The position numbers were made by a program, and so were the translations under genes. The notes beneath the pieces were generated by a model. It ran no database searches. It saw only the letters and a list, made by a program, of their open reading frames with translations, and had not been told where the DNA came from. Shown piece after piece: positions 62,342 to 64,000 of a DNA stretch of 64,000 nucleotides. This DNA comes from an uncultured Anaerolineaceae bacterium (GTDB lineage Bacteria; Chloroflexota; Anaerolineae; Anaerolineales; UBA4823). The DNA is taken from the NCBI GenBank assembly GCA_964385625.1, contig CAYLPS010000004.1, forward strand, positions 6,407 through 70,406. Reading direction: 5' to 3'. The number at the start of each line of letters is the position of its first letter. Positions within the stretch are counted from its first letter, which is position 1.

Positions 62342-64000
62342 CTACACCACCCTTATTGTGCTACCGCGTAGCGTTTTCTCGACCTCGATAAGGGTGGGGA
62401 ATGCTTCCTTCAGATCGTCGATATGGCTAATTACCAGCACCTTGGCGAAATCCTGCTTGACCAGATTAATGGCTTCGATTAGATGTTGGCGCCCCTGTGC
62501 ATCCTGACTTCCAAAGCCTTCATCTACCACAAGGGTCTGCAGCCGCGCCCCGGCGCGCTTGGCTAGCAGTTCGGAAAGCGCCAGGCGGATGGCAAAATTG
62601 ACCCGGAATGCCTCGCCGCCTGAAAATAGTTCGTAATCTCGCGTACCGGCGCCATCCGATATCAGGATATCAAGGGTTTCCTTCATATCAGCACGATTCT
62701 TATCCTTGAAGGCTGCCTGGGTAATGAAGCGCACAGACATATTACCCTCACTAAGTCGGTCGAGCAACTCATTGGCACGCGTCTCTATCTCAGGCAAGGC
62801 CTGTTCGATCAGCAATGCAGGCACGCCATCCTTTCCGAAAGCCTTATCTAGCAGCTTATATTGTCCCACCAGGCGGGCAAGCTGCTCACGCTGGCCAGTG
62901 ATCTCCTTCAATCGTATTTTAAGGTCTTTCAGGACCGTCACCTTTTGCTGGGCAGCGCCAACTTCCATGCGCTGGGTATTTTCCTGCTCGAGCAGGTCTT
63001 GCAAGAGCTGCTCGGTAGCCTCCAGGTCTGGTGCGACCGCTTCAGCTGCAGCCAGCCGGGCAGCAGCTTCGTCGAAATCGTGTTGCTGACGGGTGGCTTC
63101 ATCACGCAAGGCTTCCAGCTGGGCACGCAGGCCATCGATCTCGTGCTGCAGTGGCTGTAGTGCAGCCCTGGCACTCTCCAGGGCGCGGTATTCTTCATCT
63201 GCTGAACGCAAATCGGCTTCCTGCCGTCGGCAGTCATCATGCGCCGCAGCATCATAGCCAATGGCTTTCAGCTCATCATCAATCTGTGCCAGCTGCTGGC
63301 GGGCTTTCCCCGAAAATTCATTCTCGCGCATAATCTGCTCTAGCTCAGCCATTCTCGGGGCGCCCTTCTGCTGCCATTTCTCCGCCTTCTGTTGTATGGA
63401 TTCGATCTGGCTCTCCAACCGGCTGATGACCTTTGCCTGAGCCAGGCGCTCGCTCTCGTGACGGGAAAGCAGGTTGATTTCCATGCGCAGGGCGCGCTCC
63501 TTTTCTTCTGCCTCATTCAAAAATGACTGGTTGGAGCGAAAACGATCGCCCAGCTCGATTCCCTGTGCATTAAGCTCATCAACCAGGCGCAGGCGGTCAG
63601 AGGAATCCAATGGCCTACCGCATAACGGGCATTCGGCACCCTCCGTGGCAGAAAGCTTGTCGATGCGCGCCTTTAGTTCCACCATTTCTGTTTTCAGCCT
63701 GGGGTTCTCAGCTTGAGCTTCAGCCAGCCGTGTGCGAACAGTTTGGAGCTGCTCATCGAGCATCTCCTTGCGTTTCAAGCCCGCCTCAGCCAGTTCCATC
63801 TCCTTGCGGGTAGTGATTAGCTGCACCTGCAGTTCAACACTAGCAGCATTCTGGGTACCGACTTCCTGTTCTTCAGCCTGTAAGGTTTCTAGCTCATGCT
63901 GCAGGCGCGCTCGTTCTGTTTCAATTTGCATCAACGGCGCTTGCCGGCGGCCTTCTTGCTCCCTGAATTGTGCAGCCACCTGTTCCCAGCGTTCCAACTC
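62342..64000 (-). CDS. sbcC: SbcC/Rad50-family ATPase, C-terminal part (gene continues beyond the window)
   Basis: Long coiled coil with zinc hook CPLCGRPL, ABC signature FSGGEAFRVNFAIRLAL, and D-loop LVVDEGFGSQD. Confidence 0.8.
   Translation of the reverse strand, partial: ELERWEQVAAQFREQEGRRQAPLMQIETERARLQHELETLQAEEQEVGTQNAASVELQVQLITTRKEMELAEAGLKRKEMLDEQLQTVRTRLAEAQAENPRLKTEMVELKARIDKLSATEGAECPLCGRPLDSSDRLRLVDELNAQGIELGDRFRSNQSFLNEAEEKERALRMEINLLSRHESERLAQAKVISRLESQIESIQQKAEKWQQKGAPRMAELEQIMRENEFSGKARQQLAQIDDELKAIGYDAAAHDDCRRQEADLRSADEEYRALESARAALQPLQHEIDGLRAQLEALRDEATRQQHDFDEAAARLAAAEAVAPDLEATEQLLQDLLEQENTQRMEVGAAQQKVTVLKDLKIRLKEITGQREQLARLVGQYKLLDKAFGKDGVPALLIEQALPEIETRANELLDRLSEGNMSVRFITQAAFKDKNRADMKETLDILISDGAGTRDYELFSGGEAFRVNFAIRLALSELLAKRAGARLQTLVVDEGFGSQDAQGRQHLIEAINLVKQDFAKVLVISHIDDLKEAFPTLIEVEKTLRGSTIRVV

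Noticed and set aside
1-64000. CRISPR arrays, rRNA genes, IS transposases, reverse transcriptase/retron elements
   Set aside because: I looked for regularly spaced direct repeats, rRNA-like conserved stretches, DDE/IS terminal repeats and RT motifs. None was recognised by eye. A computational scan is still advisable.

Overview
This is a 64-kb bacterial chromosomal window. G+C is mostly about 55-70% by hand counts of single lines, with some AT-rich patches. The taxon cannot be fixed from the sequence; a DnaD-domain / DnaC-like / PriA replication gene set suggests a Terrabacteria-type organism. Layout: (i) 1-6.3 kb is a + strand metabolic operon (FGGY kinase, SDR, FAD oxidoreductase, KDPG-type aldolase, creatininase-like protein, corrinoid protein). 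(ii) About 6.3-34.8 kb is a roughly 28-kb integrated mobile element ending at tRNA-Glu(UUC). It carries a large serine recombinase, a primase plus helicase-like replication module, a tyrosine recombinase, a replication-relaxation-like protein, a ParM/ParR-like cassette, a TraB/FtsK-type DNA translocase and an excisionase-like HTH. It also carries a 10.8-kb co-directional defence array: AbiEi/AbiEii, a type I R-M system with an unknown ORF wedged between hsdR and hsdM, an hsdS split by one in-frame TAG, and four unassigned ORFs that include a HEPN-like/zinc-ribbon protein coupled to a SWIM/HTH protein. (iii) 34.9-64 kb holds housekeeping genes: rpsT, argS, dnaB, DnaD-domain protein, tandem DnaC-like loader, priA, trpS, dtd, an ABC-2 exporter, an octaheme cytochrome, a GT2 glycosyltransferase and partial sbcC. 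The most interesting items are: the HEPN-like + SWIM/HTH pair and the hsd-embedded orf287 as candidate undescribed defence modules; a 42-nt inverted repeat bracketing the par cassette; iteron clusters that could be clt/parC-like sites; twin palindromic operator sites 21 kb apart; and a SelW-like selenoprotein gene (in-frame TGA plus SECIS-like hairpin) that the ORF track misses. No CRISPR array, rRNA, transposase or reverse transcriptase was recognised. All family assignments come from motif recognition by eye and need profile or structure searches.
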